Below are positions 1 through 12,881 of a stretch of 64,000 bases of DNA, one piece after another. The notes beneath the pieces are model-generated. The model was not told the origin of the DNA, did no database searches, and was given only the letters and a program-made list of their open reading frames with translations. Origin of the DNA: Dictyostelium discoideum. Lineage: Eukaryota. Location: positions 3,200,001 to 3,264,000 of the forward strand of contig CM000150.2 of the NCBI GenBank assembly GCA_000004695.1. The letters run 5' to 3'. Numbering within the stretch: the first letter of the stretch is position 1; the number at the start of each line of letters is the position of its first letter. The position numbers and the translations under genes are program-made.

Positions 1-32
1 TAATTAATAATAATAATAATAATAATAATGGT

Positions 33-425
33 ATGGCGACTAATATACCATTTTTATCAAAACCATGGAACCAATTAATTGATCAAACTTTAATTGAACA
101 TATAATAAATAAACAAAATCAATTAAATGGTGTCGGTAATAATAAAAAGGTAATAATTTACAGTTTTGATCAAGTAAAAGATTTAGTACGTTGTATTAGA
201 AATACAATACAACATCATAAAGAGATTCAAAGATTAGTTAGACAATCACCATCATCAAATGGTGATAATAAACAAGAAGTTTTGGATTGTTTAGAGAGTC
301 AAGAATTAGTTTTATCTTATTTTGAAGAAAAAGTTCCCGACCTTTTACTCTTTCTTTATCAAAAGTTTAAAAAACATTTGGATTCAAAATCCTTAATTTA
401 TTTTAATGATTTAATAATTAAATAA
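33..425 (+). CDS. Hypothetical protein. The reading frame stays open to the window edge through an in-frame (AAT)n stretch, so this may be the 3' part of a larger gene.
   Basis: 130-aa ORF with ordinary Dictyostelium codon usage and a TAA stop at 423-425. The upstream in-frame codons are I-N-N-N-N-N-N-N-G before the first ATG. No recognisable domain. Confidence 0.35.
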   Translation: MATNIPFLSKPWNQLIDQTLIEHIINKQNQLNGVGNNKKVIIYSFDQVKDLVRCIRNTIQHHKEIQRLVRQSPSSNGDNKQEVLDCLESQELVLSYFEEKVPDLLLFLYQKFKKHLDSKSLIYFNDLIIK

Positions 426-444
426 TTATATCAATAAAATAGAG

Positions 445-477
<33 letters not shown>

Positions 478-1587
478 AGGTCACTTTGGAAGTAATGAAA
501 GCGTTTTATCCATTCATAGTGACTTAATTCTAGAATTAATTAATTATTTCAAATCTATTATATTTTTAAAAAGAAGAAAAAAATATATAATAAAAGATTT
601 TTTAAATAGTAATTTAAAAATATATCTACAACCTTGAATTAATTCTCCATTTATTCTAATAGGTTCATATTTAGATTTGTAATTAAAACTGATAAATATT
701 GATTTTTTATTCATGTGCACACAGATTTCTTTATTCATACCTTAAAATTAAAAAAGAAATTAATAAAAAAAATAATCATATTATTAGAAAAAAAAATTCT
801 CTTGAAAACTTAAAACATATGTACAAGCCATTCTTTTTATTTGAACCCATCTATTGTTTTTATTAATAGATTTTTTATTTTTTATTTTTATTTTGTTTTA
901 AAAAAAAAAAAAAAACTATTAATAATCCTTTAACAATTTCCATAATAATATTAACACACACACCATCTTGTAAAACATTTTTTTTTGTTTCCTTTTGTTT
1001 TGTTTTTTTGTTTTTATTTTTAATAGAACAAAATTACAAAAAAAAAAAAAAATTATGAACAAATAAAATAATTGGATTGTAAAAATGACTAAAAATAAAA
1101 AATATAAAAAATAATTGGTCTCCACATTCTAACCACATCTTTTTCCTTTTTTCAAATAAATATTTATTTTTGGGGTAAAATCTCATTGATAATGTGTTTA
1201 ATCCTAGCAAATTGTGTAAATAAAATATTATTTATCGTTCTACCCAAACGCTCCTTTTATGGTATTTATTTTTTTTTTTGTATTTCTGTAATTTTTTTTT
1301 TTTTTTTTTTTATTATAATTTATTACATGAATTATAATAAAAGATTTATTTCTCAATTTTAGACCCAATAAATATAAGTAATTACTTTTTATGTAAGTTA
1401 CATTTCTTAAAATTAATATAATGAACACTTTATTTTTTTCATTTAAATAATAAAGATTTTTTTTAAAAAAGAAAAATAAATAAACTATAAAAAGCATTTT
1501 TTAATATTTCATAGTCATATTATTAATTTCCAAAAAAAAAAAAAATATAAAAATAGATTTTTTTTTCCCCAAAAATAAAAAAAAAAA

Positions 1588-2019
1588 ATGAAATTTTCAA
1601 ACCTAGTAATATTATCAATTATTGTTTTGTTTATTGGATTATTTTCAAACAGTGTAAATTGTGAAAAAGAACTTTCTCATATTGTCAAAAAATGTCCAAG
1701 AAATTCAATAAAAGATGATCCATTCAAATTAAATGTTACCATGCATATTACTCAAGTTGCTACATTTACTGTAAAATCATTCCAAGATGTTTACATTTCT
1801 GGTGGATGTTGTGAATTGTCACAACCTCAAGAAACCGTTTTTACCTTTGGTTATGGATTTGAACCAAAAACCAATTTGGGTGAAATTTATCAAGGTGTAA
1901 AATTAACTGGAAATTTAAGTTATAAAAAAGATGGTAAAGAAATTAAAAAAGAAGATGTTAGTTTTATTTTAAATAAAGTAGTTGCAAATGGTTCTTATGT
2001 TTTAAGAATTTTTAAGTAA
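1588..2019 (+). CDS. Small secreted cysteine-containing protein of unknown function, with an N-terminal signal peptide.
   Basis: 143-aa ORF. The hydrophobic N-terminus MKFSNLVILSIIVLFIGLFSNSVNC is followed by a polar mature region with N-glycosylation-like sites and paired Cys (GGCCEL). A clean TAA stop is followed by poly(A). Confidence 0.5.
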   Translation: MKFSNLVILSIIVLFIGLFSNSVNCEKELSHIVKKCPRNSIKDDPFKLNVTMHITQVATFTVKSFQDVYISGGCCELSQPQETVFTFGYGFEPKTNLGEIYQGVKLTGNLSYKKDGKEIKKEDVSFILNKVVANGSYVLRIFK

Positions 2020-2028
2020 AACTAAATC

Positions 2029-2081
<53 letters not shown>

Positions 2082-2122
2082 AACTATTAATAAAATCAAA
2101 AAAAATCTTTTTCTTTAAAAAT

Positions 2123-2153
<31 letters not shown>

Positions 2154-2238
2154 TTAATTAATTCTACAATTAAAATTTTAAACATACCAAAAAAAAAAAA
2201 AAAAAATAAAAAAAAATAAAAATAAAAAAAAGATGGGT

Positions 2239-3453
2239 TTAAAATTTTTGGTTTTGCCTTTTTTTAGCAAGTGCAGCATCCAAATCACTTGATAATGCAA
2301 CTCTTTGTTCAAAAGAGATTGCGCTACCTGGTACATTTGATTTTGGAACATAACTTGCTGGAATAAATTCACTATTTGGTTGTGTGAAAAATGATTGTTG
2401 TTGTTGTTGTTGTGGTTGAAATTGAGCTTGAATTACATTAGGAGAAGATGAAGATGATGATGGATTAAATTGAACTGAAGTTTGTTGGAATGATTGCCAA
2501 TCATTCATAGTTGTTGGTGATGAAATATTATAAATAGTTTTTGTATCAGGAACTAAATGTTTTGGTAACTCTGATGGTAATGATATACCATTTTTAATTG
2601 CGTAAATTAAATGCATTGCTAAACAAAACTCTTCTCTATCCAAATGACCATCTTTGTCGATATCTGCCAAACTCCAAACAAGTGATAAACTATCATTTGA
2701 TAAACCAGATTTTTGGAAAATTGGTTTTGCAACTAAACCAGATAATTTACTGCCATCACTAGCTCCAATTTTATAAAATACATTTATATATTGAGCTTTT
2801 GATTCGTTACTAATTGCTGGAATTATACCATTATTATTATTATTATTATTATTGTTATTATTATATTGTACAATATTTGGTGTAATATTACCAGAATTGT
2901 TTAATAAAGAATTTTGTTGTTGTTCCATTGACATTGGTAATTTACTTGGAAATCCTTGAAGCATATTATTTTGATAAAATGAGTTATTATTGTTATTATT
3001 ATTACTATTATTATTATTATTCATTCCATTGTTTATACCATTATTTGAATTGTTGTTTGAAAATCCACTTGAATTTTGAAATGATTGTTGTTGTTTAATT
3101 TGTGGTTGTAAAACTCCATTATTATTAATACCATTGTTAACGTTATTATTATTATTATTATTATTGATGCCCATGTTATTCATATTGCTCATGTTACTAA
3201 AATTGTTCATATTATTCATATTATTCATATTATTCATATTATTCATATTATTGAAATTGTTCATATTGTTCATATTGTTCATATTGTTCATATTGTTCAT
3301 ATTGTTCATATTTCCACCACCAGTGATATTGATACCACTATTCATATAACCAATACCAGTATTTTGGTATTGGAAATTCCCCCCATTTTGAAACTGTTGT
3401 TGTTGGTAATTTGATTGTTGTTGGAAATTCGATTGTTGTTGGTATTGGTACAT
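2239..3453 (-). CDS. EH (Eps15-homology) domain protein with a Q/N-rich N-terminus.
   Basis: 404-aa ORF. The C-terminal half contains the canonical EH/EF-hand signature ...LVWSLADIDKDGHLDREEFCLAMHLIYAIKNG.... The N-terminal half is Q/N-rich with MNN repeats. Confidence 0.75.
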   Translation of the reverse strand: MYQYQQQSNFQQQSNYQQQQFQNGGNFQYQNTGIGYMNSGINITGGGNMNNMNNMNNMNNMNNMNNFNNMNNMNNMNNMNNMNNFSNMSNMNNMGINNNNNNNNVNNGINNNGVLQPQIKQQQSFQNSSGFSNNNSNNGINNGMNNNNNSNNNNNNNSFYQNNMLQGFPSKLPMSMEQQQNSLLNNSGNITPNIVQYNNNNNNNNNNNGIIPAISNESKAQYINVFYKIGASDGSKLSGLVAKPIFQKSGLSNDSLSLVWSLADIDKDGHLDREEFCLAMHLIYAIKNGISLPSELPKHLVPDTKTIYNISSPTTMNDWQSFQQTSVQFNPSSSSSSPNVIQAQFQPQQQQQQSFFTQPNSEFIPASYVPKSNVPGSAISFEQRVALSSDLDAALAKKRQNQKF

Positions 3454-3966
3454 TTAAATTGGTGCGAAATAAATAAATTAATAAATAAATAAATAAATAT
3501 TTAGATATAAACAAATAGATAAATTGAAAGAATATTATTTTGAAAAAAAAAAAAAATAAAAAAAAAAAAAAATATTTAAAATTAAAAAAAAAAAAAAAAA
3601 ATTAGAAAAAAAAAAATTAAAAAAAATTAATATAAATTAAATTTATATGCAACTGCCATTGGTGGTGTTATGTTATCAAGAAAAGTTGTTAAAAAAAAAA
3701 AAGAAATTTTTATTTGAAAAACTTGTTTGCAAATTATTTTTATTTTTTTAATTTTTTTAATTTTATTCCTTTTTTATTTTTTTTTATTTTTTTAAGATAT
3801 CAAACAAATATTTTCACATTTATTTAATATTTTTATTTTTATTTTTTTATTTTTTAAACAAATATTTACACTTAGTTTTTTATTTTTTAAGATATTAAAC
3901 AAATATTTTCACATTTATTTTTATTTTATTTTTATTTTTTTATTGTTATTATTTACAAATTATTAT

Positions 3967-4004
<38 letters not shown>

Positions 4005-4014
4005 AGGATAAATA

Positions 4015-4688
4015 TTATTTTTGAATTGTAGAAGTGGTTGTAGTGTTTATATCAGTTTGTTGTTGAACAGAGGGTGCTTGTAAGCCACCCTGTTGTTGCT
4101 GTTGTTGTTGTTGCAATTGTTGTAATTGTTGTGCTTCTGGAGAAGCTTGAAAGGCAGATCTTGCTTTTGCAAATAATAATTGTTGTTCTCTAATGAGTTG
4201 TTCTGTTGGTTTACCTAAATTTTCGAATTTTTTACTACTCTTTGATTTTGTACTAACTTCTAATTTGTGTTTATCATATACATCTGATACTTTTTGTGTA
4301 TAATCTGAAAATCCTAATTCCTATTGTAATTAAATTAATTTTTTTTTTTTTTGTGTTTATGTGTTTGTGTGTGTGTGTGTGTGTGTAAATATTAACAATA
4401 AACATTATTTTTTATTTTTTATTTTTTTATTTTTATTTTTTTTTAAGATTAACCTACGGTCAATGCTTTAATTACATGCTCAGCGGCAATAGTTCTTTTT
4501 TGTTCTCTACCACAAATATCATTTGCTTCACTAGATATTAAATGTATGAATTCTACACAACATTCTAATATGAGATCTCTTGTCTCGTTTGAACATTTTA
4601 CATCTTGTGGTAACATCTCTTTAATTAATTTTGATACTGTTGCCTTTGGTAATGACAAATTATCTTCCTTATCATTTTTATCACCCAT
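4015..4688 (-). CDS. Negative cofactor 2 beta / Dr1 (histone-fold TBP-binding repressor), join(4015..4320,4458..4688).
   Basis: Exon 1 encodes MGDKND...LPKATVSKLIKEMLP...FIHLISSEANDICGREQKRTIAAEHVIKALT. Exon 2 encodes ELGFSDY...KFENLGKPTEQLIREQQLLFAKAR...(Q-rich)...IQK*. The match to the Dr1 family is collinear (LPRAAINKMIKETLP / FIHLISSEANEIC / RLENLGIPEEELLRQQQELFAKAR). The intron is 4321..4457 with a GTAGGT donor and ...ACAATAG acceptor, and it contains a (GT)n run. Confidence 0.85.
4360..4385. repeat. (GT)n dinucleotide microsatellite inside the NC2beta intron.
   Basis: gtgtgtgtgtgtgtgtgtgtgt at 4360-4385. This GC-containing dinucleotide repeat stands out against about 80% AT background. 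Confidence 0.9.
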
Positions 4689-5173
4689 TATTTATTTTTA
4701 TTATTATTATCTTTTTAATACAAGCTGTTTTTTTTTATTCTTTATTCTTTATTCCTTTATTCTTTATGTAATATCTATTGAAAACAAAAAAAAAAAAAAG
4801 TTAATTACTAATGTATATAATATTTGTTTAACTAATGTTCACACAAAATCGTTCAAAAATTCATTTACAAAAAAAAAATAAAAAAAAATAAATAAAAAAA
4901 TTTTAAAATTTTTTTTTTTTTTTTTTTTATTTTTTTTATTTTTTTTTTTTAATTTCTTATTTTTTTTTATATCCACATAAGGCAAAAACTGGAAATAGTT
5001 TACCTCTACAATATGAAATCTACCAATATTAATTTCTTTGAATAACATTAAAATTAAATTATTTATTTAATCCATCAATAGGAAAAAAAAAAATTTTAAA
5101 TTTTTATTTGATACTCCCCTTTTTTTTTTTTTTTTATAAAGTGATAATCTAAAACCAATAAATAACCAAAAGT

Positions 5174-5206
<33 letters not shown>

Positions 5207-5381
5207 AACACTAAAAAAAAAAACAAAATACAAAAAATAAAAATAAGAAAAGGTATCCAATTTTAACCATAATTATGTTTAAATATTATTATTTATTTAT
5301 TTTTTTTTTTTATTTTTTTATTTTTTTTATTACTTGGGTTTTTTTTTTTTTTTATTTTTTTTTCTTAATTACTATAAAGAT

Positions 5382-5660
5382 TTAATAAGTTTTATGTGGG
5401 TGAATATTTTCAATAATACCATCGAAAGTTCTCTTTTTAACAATTTCTGGTGTAGTATCATAAGGACCTTCAACATTATCACGTCTCCATTTTTTAAAAT
5501 TAGCTGAAAGATCTGGTTTTGCAATGATTGAATTTGATATTTTTGAAACTCTTTCTCTAGCACCATCAACTAATTGAAATCTAACTTTACATGGTACACT
5601 AATAATAAATATTGAATAATGAATATTAGTATATGAAATTTTCACTTTAATCATTAACAA
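5382..5660 (-). CDS. Hypothetical protein, possibly the 3' exon of a small gene.
   Basis: 92-aa ORF whose C-terminal 65 aa (VRFQLVDGARERVSKISNSIIAKPDLSANFKKWRRDNVEGPYDTTPEIVKKRTFDGIIENIHPHKTY) have coding-like, relatively GC-rich codon usage. The N-terminal 27 aa look like intron read-through, and an acceptor-like ttattag precedes VRFQ. No domain recognised. Confidence 0.3.
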   Translation of the reverse strand: MLMIKVKISYTNIHYSIFIISVPCKVRFQLVDGARERVSKISNSIIAKPDLSANFKKWRRDNVEGPYDTTPEIVKKRTFDGIIENIHPHKTY

Positions 5661-5870
5661 TAATTGCTCTATTTCATATTTAAATCCTCAACCACAATAA
5701 TATTACAATAATAAATAAAATAGTAATAATCATAACAAAATAATTACTATTATTATTATTTTTATAATTATTATTGATAATAATAATGACTATTATTATT
5801 ATTATTGATAATAATGATTATTATTATTATTATTGAAGATTTCGAAACCATATTAAAAATGATATGATAT

Positions 5871-6294
5871 TTACTTGTATTTTGGATCTATATGTGAAAT
5901 ATTTGAATAATGAATTGGTGCTTCTTTTGTATATGCCATTGCTTTACTTCTTTTATTTGGTTTAGTTAATTTTTTTAATAATTTCAAACCTTCAACAATT
6001 AAATTACTATCTTTCTTATTAACTGATTTAATTATACCTTGTTTACCTTTATCTTTACCTGAAATGATTTGAACCTGTTATTTTTTGTTTTTTTATTTAT
6101 TTATTTTTTTTAAAAAAAAAAATATTAGAAAATGATTACTATAAAAAAAAAATAAATATTTCCTAATATTTGATGAAAATGCTGAAATTGGGAATTTTCT
6201 ATTATAAATTACACACTTTATCACCTTTAACATATTTCCATTTTGGAATTAAAAAAATTCCTTCTTTAAATGTTCTACCACCAAATAATGACAT
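5871..6294 (-). CDS. Mitochondrial-type ribosomal protein uL24 (KOW domain), join(5871..6074,6217..6294).
   Basis: The spliced product is MSLFGGRTFKEGIFLIPKWKYVKGDK|VQIISGKDKGKQGIIKSVNKKDSNLIVEGLKLLKK...KEAPIHYSNISHIDPKYK*. The KGDxVxVISGKDKGKQG...KEAxIhxSNV pattern is the uL24 KOW signature. Intron 6075..6216 has a GTGTGT donor and AACAG acceptor. Confidence 0.65.
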
Positions 6295-6738
6295 TTTTTT
6301 TTTTTTTTTCAAAAAACTTTATTTTTTCCTTTTATAAAAAAAAAAAAAAATAACAAAACAAAACAAAAAAAAACAAAATTAACTATATTTAATGAAATCA
6401 ATCAAAAAAAAAAAAAAAAAAAAAAAGTATTGATGCTGAATATGAAAAACTTGAAAAAAAAAAAAAAATAAATAAATAAAAAAAAAAAAATAAAAAAAAA
6501 AAAAAATAAATTTTTTTTTTTTTTTTTATAAAAAAGAAACGAGTCGGTTTCACTCACTGTTTTTTTTATTTTTTTTTTTTTTTTTTTTTTTTCATTACTA
6601 CCATTTTCCAAAATTAAGCAACAACAATACGTCAAATTAAACTATCGATTTTAGTTTACTATTTAAATAACAAAAAATAAATAAATAAACAATAAATAAA
6701 TAAATAAATAAAAAAATCATATATAAATTTGTCAAAAA

Positions 6739-7267
6739 ATGCAATCAGATGATATTATTTGGGATGTTATAAATAAGAATTTCTGTTCTTTTAAAACAAC
6801 GTATGTTTTTTTTTTTATTTTTATTAACATATTACTTAATATATTATTTTTTTTACAATATATCTAAATTTAACATAATATTAACTTTTTTTTTTTTTTT
6901 TTTTTTTTTTCAGATTTAATAAAACTAAATTTTGTAAAAATGAATATAATGTAACTGGTGTTTGTAATAAAGTATCATGTCCATTAGCAAATAGTAGATA
7001 TGCAACAGTACGTGAAGAAGAAGGTGTATGTTATTTATATATGAAAACAGTTGAAAGAGCTCATACTCCAAATAGACTTTGGGAAAAGATTAAATTGGAT
7101 CCAAATTTCATGAAAGCAATAGAACAAATCGATAGTCATTTAGAATTTTGGCCAGGTCATATGAGTCATAGAGTTAAACAAAGATATATTAGAATTACAC
7201 AATATTTAATTAGAATGAGAAAAATGAGAAAACAAATCAAGTATGTTTAATTTAATATTTTAAATTT

Positions 7268-7298
<31 letters not shown>

Positions 7299-7786
7299 CT
7301 AACATACACACTATTATTTATTATTATTATAGACGTGAATTAGTACCAATTAAAAAGAAAGCAGAAAGAAGAGATGCAACTCGTGAGAATAAAGCATTGA
7401 TTGCAGCTCATTTAACTACAAATATTAAGAAAGAATTATTAGAGAGATTGAATAAGGGTACTTATGCTGATATGCATTATTTCCCAGAAGATATTATTAA
7501 TAATGTTTTGGAGAAAGAAGGTGAAGCCGATCAATTCAGTGAAGAAGAAGCTGATGAAAATGAAGAAGAAGGTGAAGAAGAAATGGAAGAAGAATTTGAA
7601 GATGATATCGATGATATTGAAGATGCTGGTGGTGCTTTCGAATATGTCGAGGGTGATGATGATGAAGATGATATTGATGATGAATGTAAGTTTTTTTTTA
7701 TATTTTTTACTAATTATATAAATATAAAAAAAAAAAAAAAAAAAAAAAATCTTGGAAATTTTTTTTCTATTTTTGGATTTATTTCT

Positions 7787-7818
<32 letters not shown>

Positions 7819-7940
7819 CAGACGAAAATGAACCATACCAAGATGATGATGAAGAAGATGATGATGATGATGATGATGATGACGAAGAAGTTAAACCACA
7901 AATTACAAAGAAGAGAGGTCCAACCTTCAAACCAACCAGT

Positions 7941-7973
<33 letters not shown>

Positions 7974-8141
7974 TTTAAAAAAAAAAATATATACTAATTA
8001 ATTATTTATTTATTTATTTATTTATTTTTAAAATTTATTTCTAATTTTTTTTTAAAAAATAAAAAAAAAGAAAAAACACCACAAAAACGTGTACATATGG
8101 AAGTCGAAATCGAAGAAGAAACCGAAAACCAAGCAAATTAA
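6739..8141 (+). CDS. MAK16 ribosome-biogenesis protein homolog, join(6739..6800,6914..7240,7333..7685,7822..7938,8071..8141).
   Basis: The protein [21 protein letters not shown]|[109 protein letters not shown]|[27 protein letters not shown]... is collinear with the MAK16 family (MQSDDVIWD..FCSFK, CPLANSQYAT, YLYMK..ERA, QYLIR.RK). The acidic D/E tail is split by two more GTAAGT introns. The last exon encodes [23 protein letters not shown]. All splice phases are consistent. Confidence 0.85.
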
Positions 8142-8427
8142 AGAAATTCTTAATTCTGGCAAAGATAATAATAAAAATCCAAATAATGTTAAAAATAACA
8201 ATTTCAACTCCAAAAATAATCTCAATATTCAACACCCCAATAAAAAAAAAAAAAAAATTAAAATCAAAACTTTTGTTTTTTTTTATTTTATTTTTTATTT
8301 TATTTTTTATTTTATTTTTTTTTTTATTTTATTTTTTTTTTTTTGTGTTTTTACGATAATTCTGCGTTTTTTTTTTTTTTTCAAATCAACAAAAAAAATA
8401 ATAAAAAAAAATAAAAAAAATAAAAAA

Positions 8428-8465
<38 letters not shown>

Positions 8466-8931
8466 ACCCTTGCTTTTTTTTTTTTTTGAATTCATTTTGG
8501 AACTTTTCCCTTCCCACTCAAAAAAACAATAAATAGACACACTCTAGTGATTATATAATTAGCGTGTATTTATAACATTGTAATTTTTTGGGTATGATCT
8601 TTAAAATATTAATTTAGAAAAAAAATAAAAATAATAATAAAAATAAAAATAGAGTTTTTAAAACTATATAATTATATATTTCCTACACCCTAAAAGAAGA
8701 AATAATAAAAAAAAAAAAAAAATAATAATTTTTTTTTTTTTTTTTTTTACCAAATTTGAGAAAACTAAACAATTTTAAATTAACTAAATTCCCTTCTTTT
8801 TTTTTTTTATTATCTCTTATATTTATAATTTACTCCTTGGTGCTTTTTTTTTTTACTGATGCTTTCTTTGTGCCAATTATTTGATATGTATTGGGCAATC
8901 TATCGAATTTTTTTTTGAAAATTATTAATAT

Positions 8932-8968
<37 letters not shown>

Positions 8969-9614
8969 TACCATTTTACTTACCTTCACCCCAACATTTC
9001 ACGATATTTTCATAAAAACCCATTTTTTAATTATCAAAAAAAAAATATCTTTTTTTTTTTTTAAACAATTTTTTTTTTTTTGTTTTAAAAATATTTTCCT
9101 TCATTCAATTTCAAAAAAAAAAAAAAAAAAACAAAAACAAAACAAAAAAAAAAAAATAATACACCATTTATTTTTTATTTTTTTTTTTTTTTGTTTTGTT
9201 TATTTTATTTGTTTTTTATATTCTTTATCTCCTTTCTATCTATTATTTTTTTATTTTATTTATTTTTAAAAAAAAAAAAATAGAAAATAATTTTAAAAAT
9301 ACTATCCTTAATAATTTTCATTTCAACACCAAAACCGACTTTAAAACCTTTCTATTCTGAAAGTTTTAATGTTATTCTTTAGTACCTTTAAATTCATTTA
9401 GGACAAAATCGAGTTTTCTTTTATTTCTTTCTCTCTCGTTAAAAAGTATAGTCAACGTTTACACGTTAAAGAATACCACAAACCCCTTCTTAATTTAAAT
9501 TTTCATCTAAAATAGTTTTTAATAATTTCCAAATCCACACACCCTCTTCCAAATAATATCTTTTAAAAAATTTCCAAAAAAAAAAAATTCCAAAAATTTC
9601 CAAAAAAAAAAAAA

Positions 9615-11648
<2,034 letters not shown>

Positions 11649-11670
11649 AAAAAAAACACCAAAATCCTTC

Positions 11671-11713
<43 letters not shown>

Positions 11714-11956
11714 TATATGCCCATCCATAAAATTATATTTAGCCCCCTCCTTAATAATCCCTCTCCGAACCATGAAATAAATCATTTATTTTTTAATGTT
11801 TTTTTTTGTGTAACCCTACACAAAAATGACGATAAAAATAACATGTACAAAAAAAAAAAAAAAAAATATATATCCTAACACTTTTGGAATTTTTTTTATT
11901 TTTATTTTTATTCTCTTTTTAATAATAAATTAAAATATCTATCACCAATGTCACTC

Positions 11957-12097
11957 TCTCTGAAATTTGTAACAAATCTCTGAACCTTTTCATGTATCTC
12001 CCCTACTCCTCCCAATCTCTCTCAAAATCTGAAAATTGTAACGAATCTCTGACCCTTTTCATGTACCTCTCCCACCCTTCCCCAATCTCTCTATCTC
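11957..12097. repeat. C/T-rich ~70-bp tandem duplication (2 units) inside the proposed first intron of the Zn2Cys6 gene.
   Basis: Unit A (11957-12027) is ctctgaaatttgtaacaaatctctgaaccttttcatgtatctcccctactcctcccaatctctctcaaaat. Unit B (12028-12097) is ctgaaaattgtaacgaatctctgacccttttcatgtacctctcccacccttccccaatctctctatctc. Identity is about 85%, and the pyrimidine-rich composition is atypical for this genome. Confidence 0.8.
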
Positions 12098-12136
12098 ACT
12101 TCTCTCTTTCTCTCTATTTTTTTTATTTTTATATAG

Positions 12137-12770
12137 AAAATTACCAAACTTTTAGAATCTAGGCTGCCATTTGCTCAATTTAGTTTTCCAACCAAAGATT
12201 GTATTAATATAAATAATTCATTTTGTAGACTACTTGGATATGAAAAGTATGTACATGTTCCATTATCATTTTACTATTTATCTTATTAATCCATCTCTTT
12301 TTCAATTTTTTTTTTTTTTTTAAATCATTTTCTAATTCCTTATTTATTTATATCCAGTGTTAGTGAATTTTATCAAATTATGCCATTAGCAATATGGGAT
12401 GATTTTGTACATAAAAAAATAATTTGTTTTACGTATGTATTGATTTTTCTTAAAAAAAAAAAAAAAAAAAAACATTTTTGTTTTAACAAAAAAAAAAAAA
12501 AAAAAAAAAAAAAATAATAGGAATAGGTATGCCCTGGAGGCAATAGTCAAAAGAGTTTATAGATTTCAAAAACCATGTGTAATGAAAAAAAGAAATGGAA
12601 AATATATATCAGTTCATTTGTTTGTTGAATTTGTTCAAGATTTTTCATCATTCAAAGTTTATGTGATCAATCAATATACACCAGATTTAGATTCTGATTT
12701 GTCATCAGAATATATTTGTAGAGAGTTTTTATCAAAAAATTGTTGTTTAGCATTGGATGATATTATATAG
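12137..12770 (+). CDS. Proposed 3' exons of the Zn2Cys6 gene, encoding a PAS-like fold: 12137..12246, 12358..12432, 12520..12770.
   Basis: The exons are in frame with 9615..11632 if an intron 11633..12136 is removed (GTAAAT donor, TATATAG acceptor). Internal introns have GTATGT donors and TATCCAG/AATAATAG acceptors with consistent phases. The encoded sequence is KITKLLESRLPFAQFSFPTKDCININNSFCRLLGYEK|NVSEFYQIMPLAIWDDFVHKKIICFT|NRYALEAIVKRVYRFQKPCVMKKRNGKYISVHLFVEFVQD...YVINQYTPDL.... It has PAS-like spacing (F..D....I...N.a...LGY ... RKDG..I.V.... v....g.....ii...DIT). Confidence 0.45.
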
Positions 12771-12846
12771 AAAAAAAAAAAAAAAAAAAAATGGAAAAAA
12801 AAAGAAAGAAAAAAGGTGGAAAAAAAAAAATGTAGATAATATTATG

Positions 12847-12881
<35 letters not shown>

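Noticed and set aside
544-1497. ORF-track entries 544..738, 919..1125 and 1240..1497 on the minus strand, and similar ones at 4546..5048, 6402..6635, 7439..7930, 8041..8540, 29395..29628, 32414..33113, 39089..39280, 59243..59425 and 63557..63823.
   Set aside because: They are made of poly-F/K/I/N from homopolymer A/T tracts in intergenic, UTR or intron sequence. They have no coding-like composition and no domain. The ones overlapping MAK16 are intron or antisense read-throughs.
3134-3349. Antisense or alternative-frame ORFs inside real coding repeats: 3134..3349, 9742..9969, 10164..10777, 10708..10977, 16675..17032, 23313..24204, 24485..25290, 27529..29175, 33427..33672, 36084..36314, 40570..42764, 44519..46012, 52380..52574, 53641..53835, 59883..60137, 61756..62687.
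   Set aside because: Each lies inside, and on the opposite strand or in another frame of, a well-supported gene. Most are translations of (AAT)n, (CAA)n or (GAT)n tracts as poly-I/L/C/Y.
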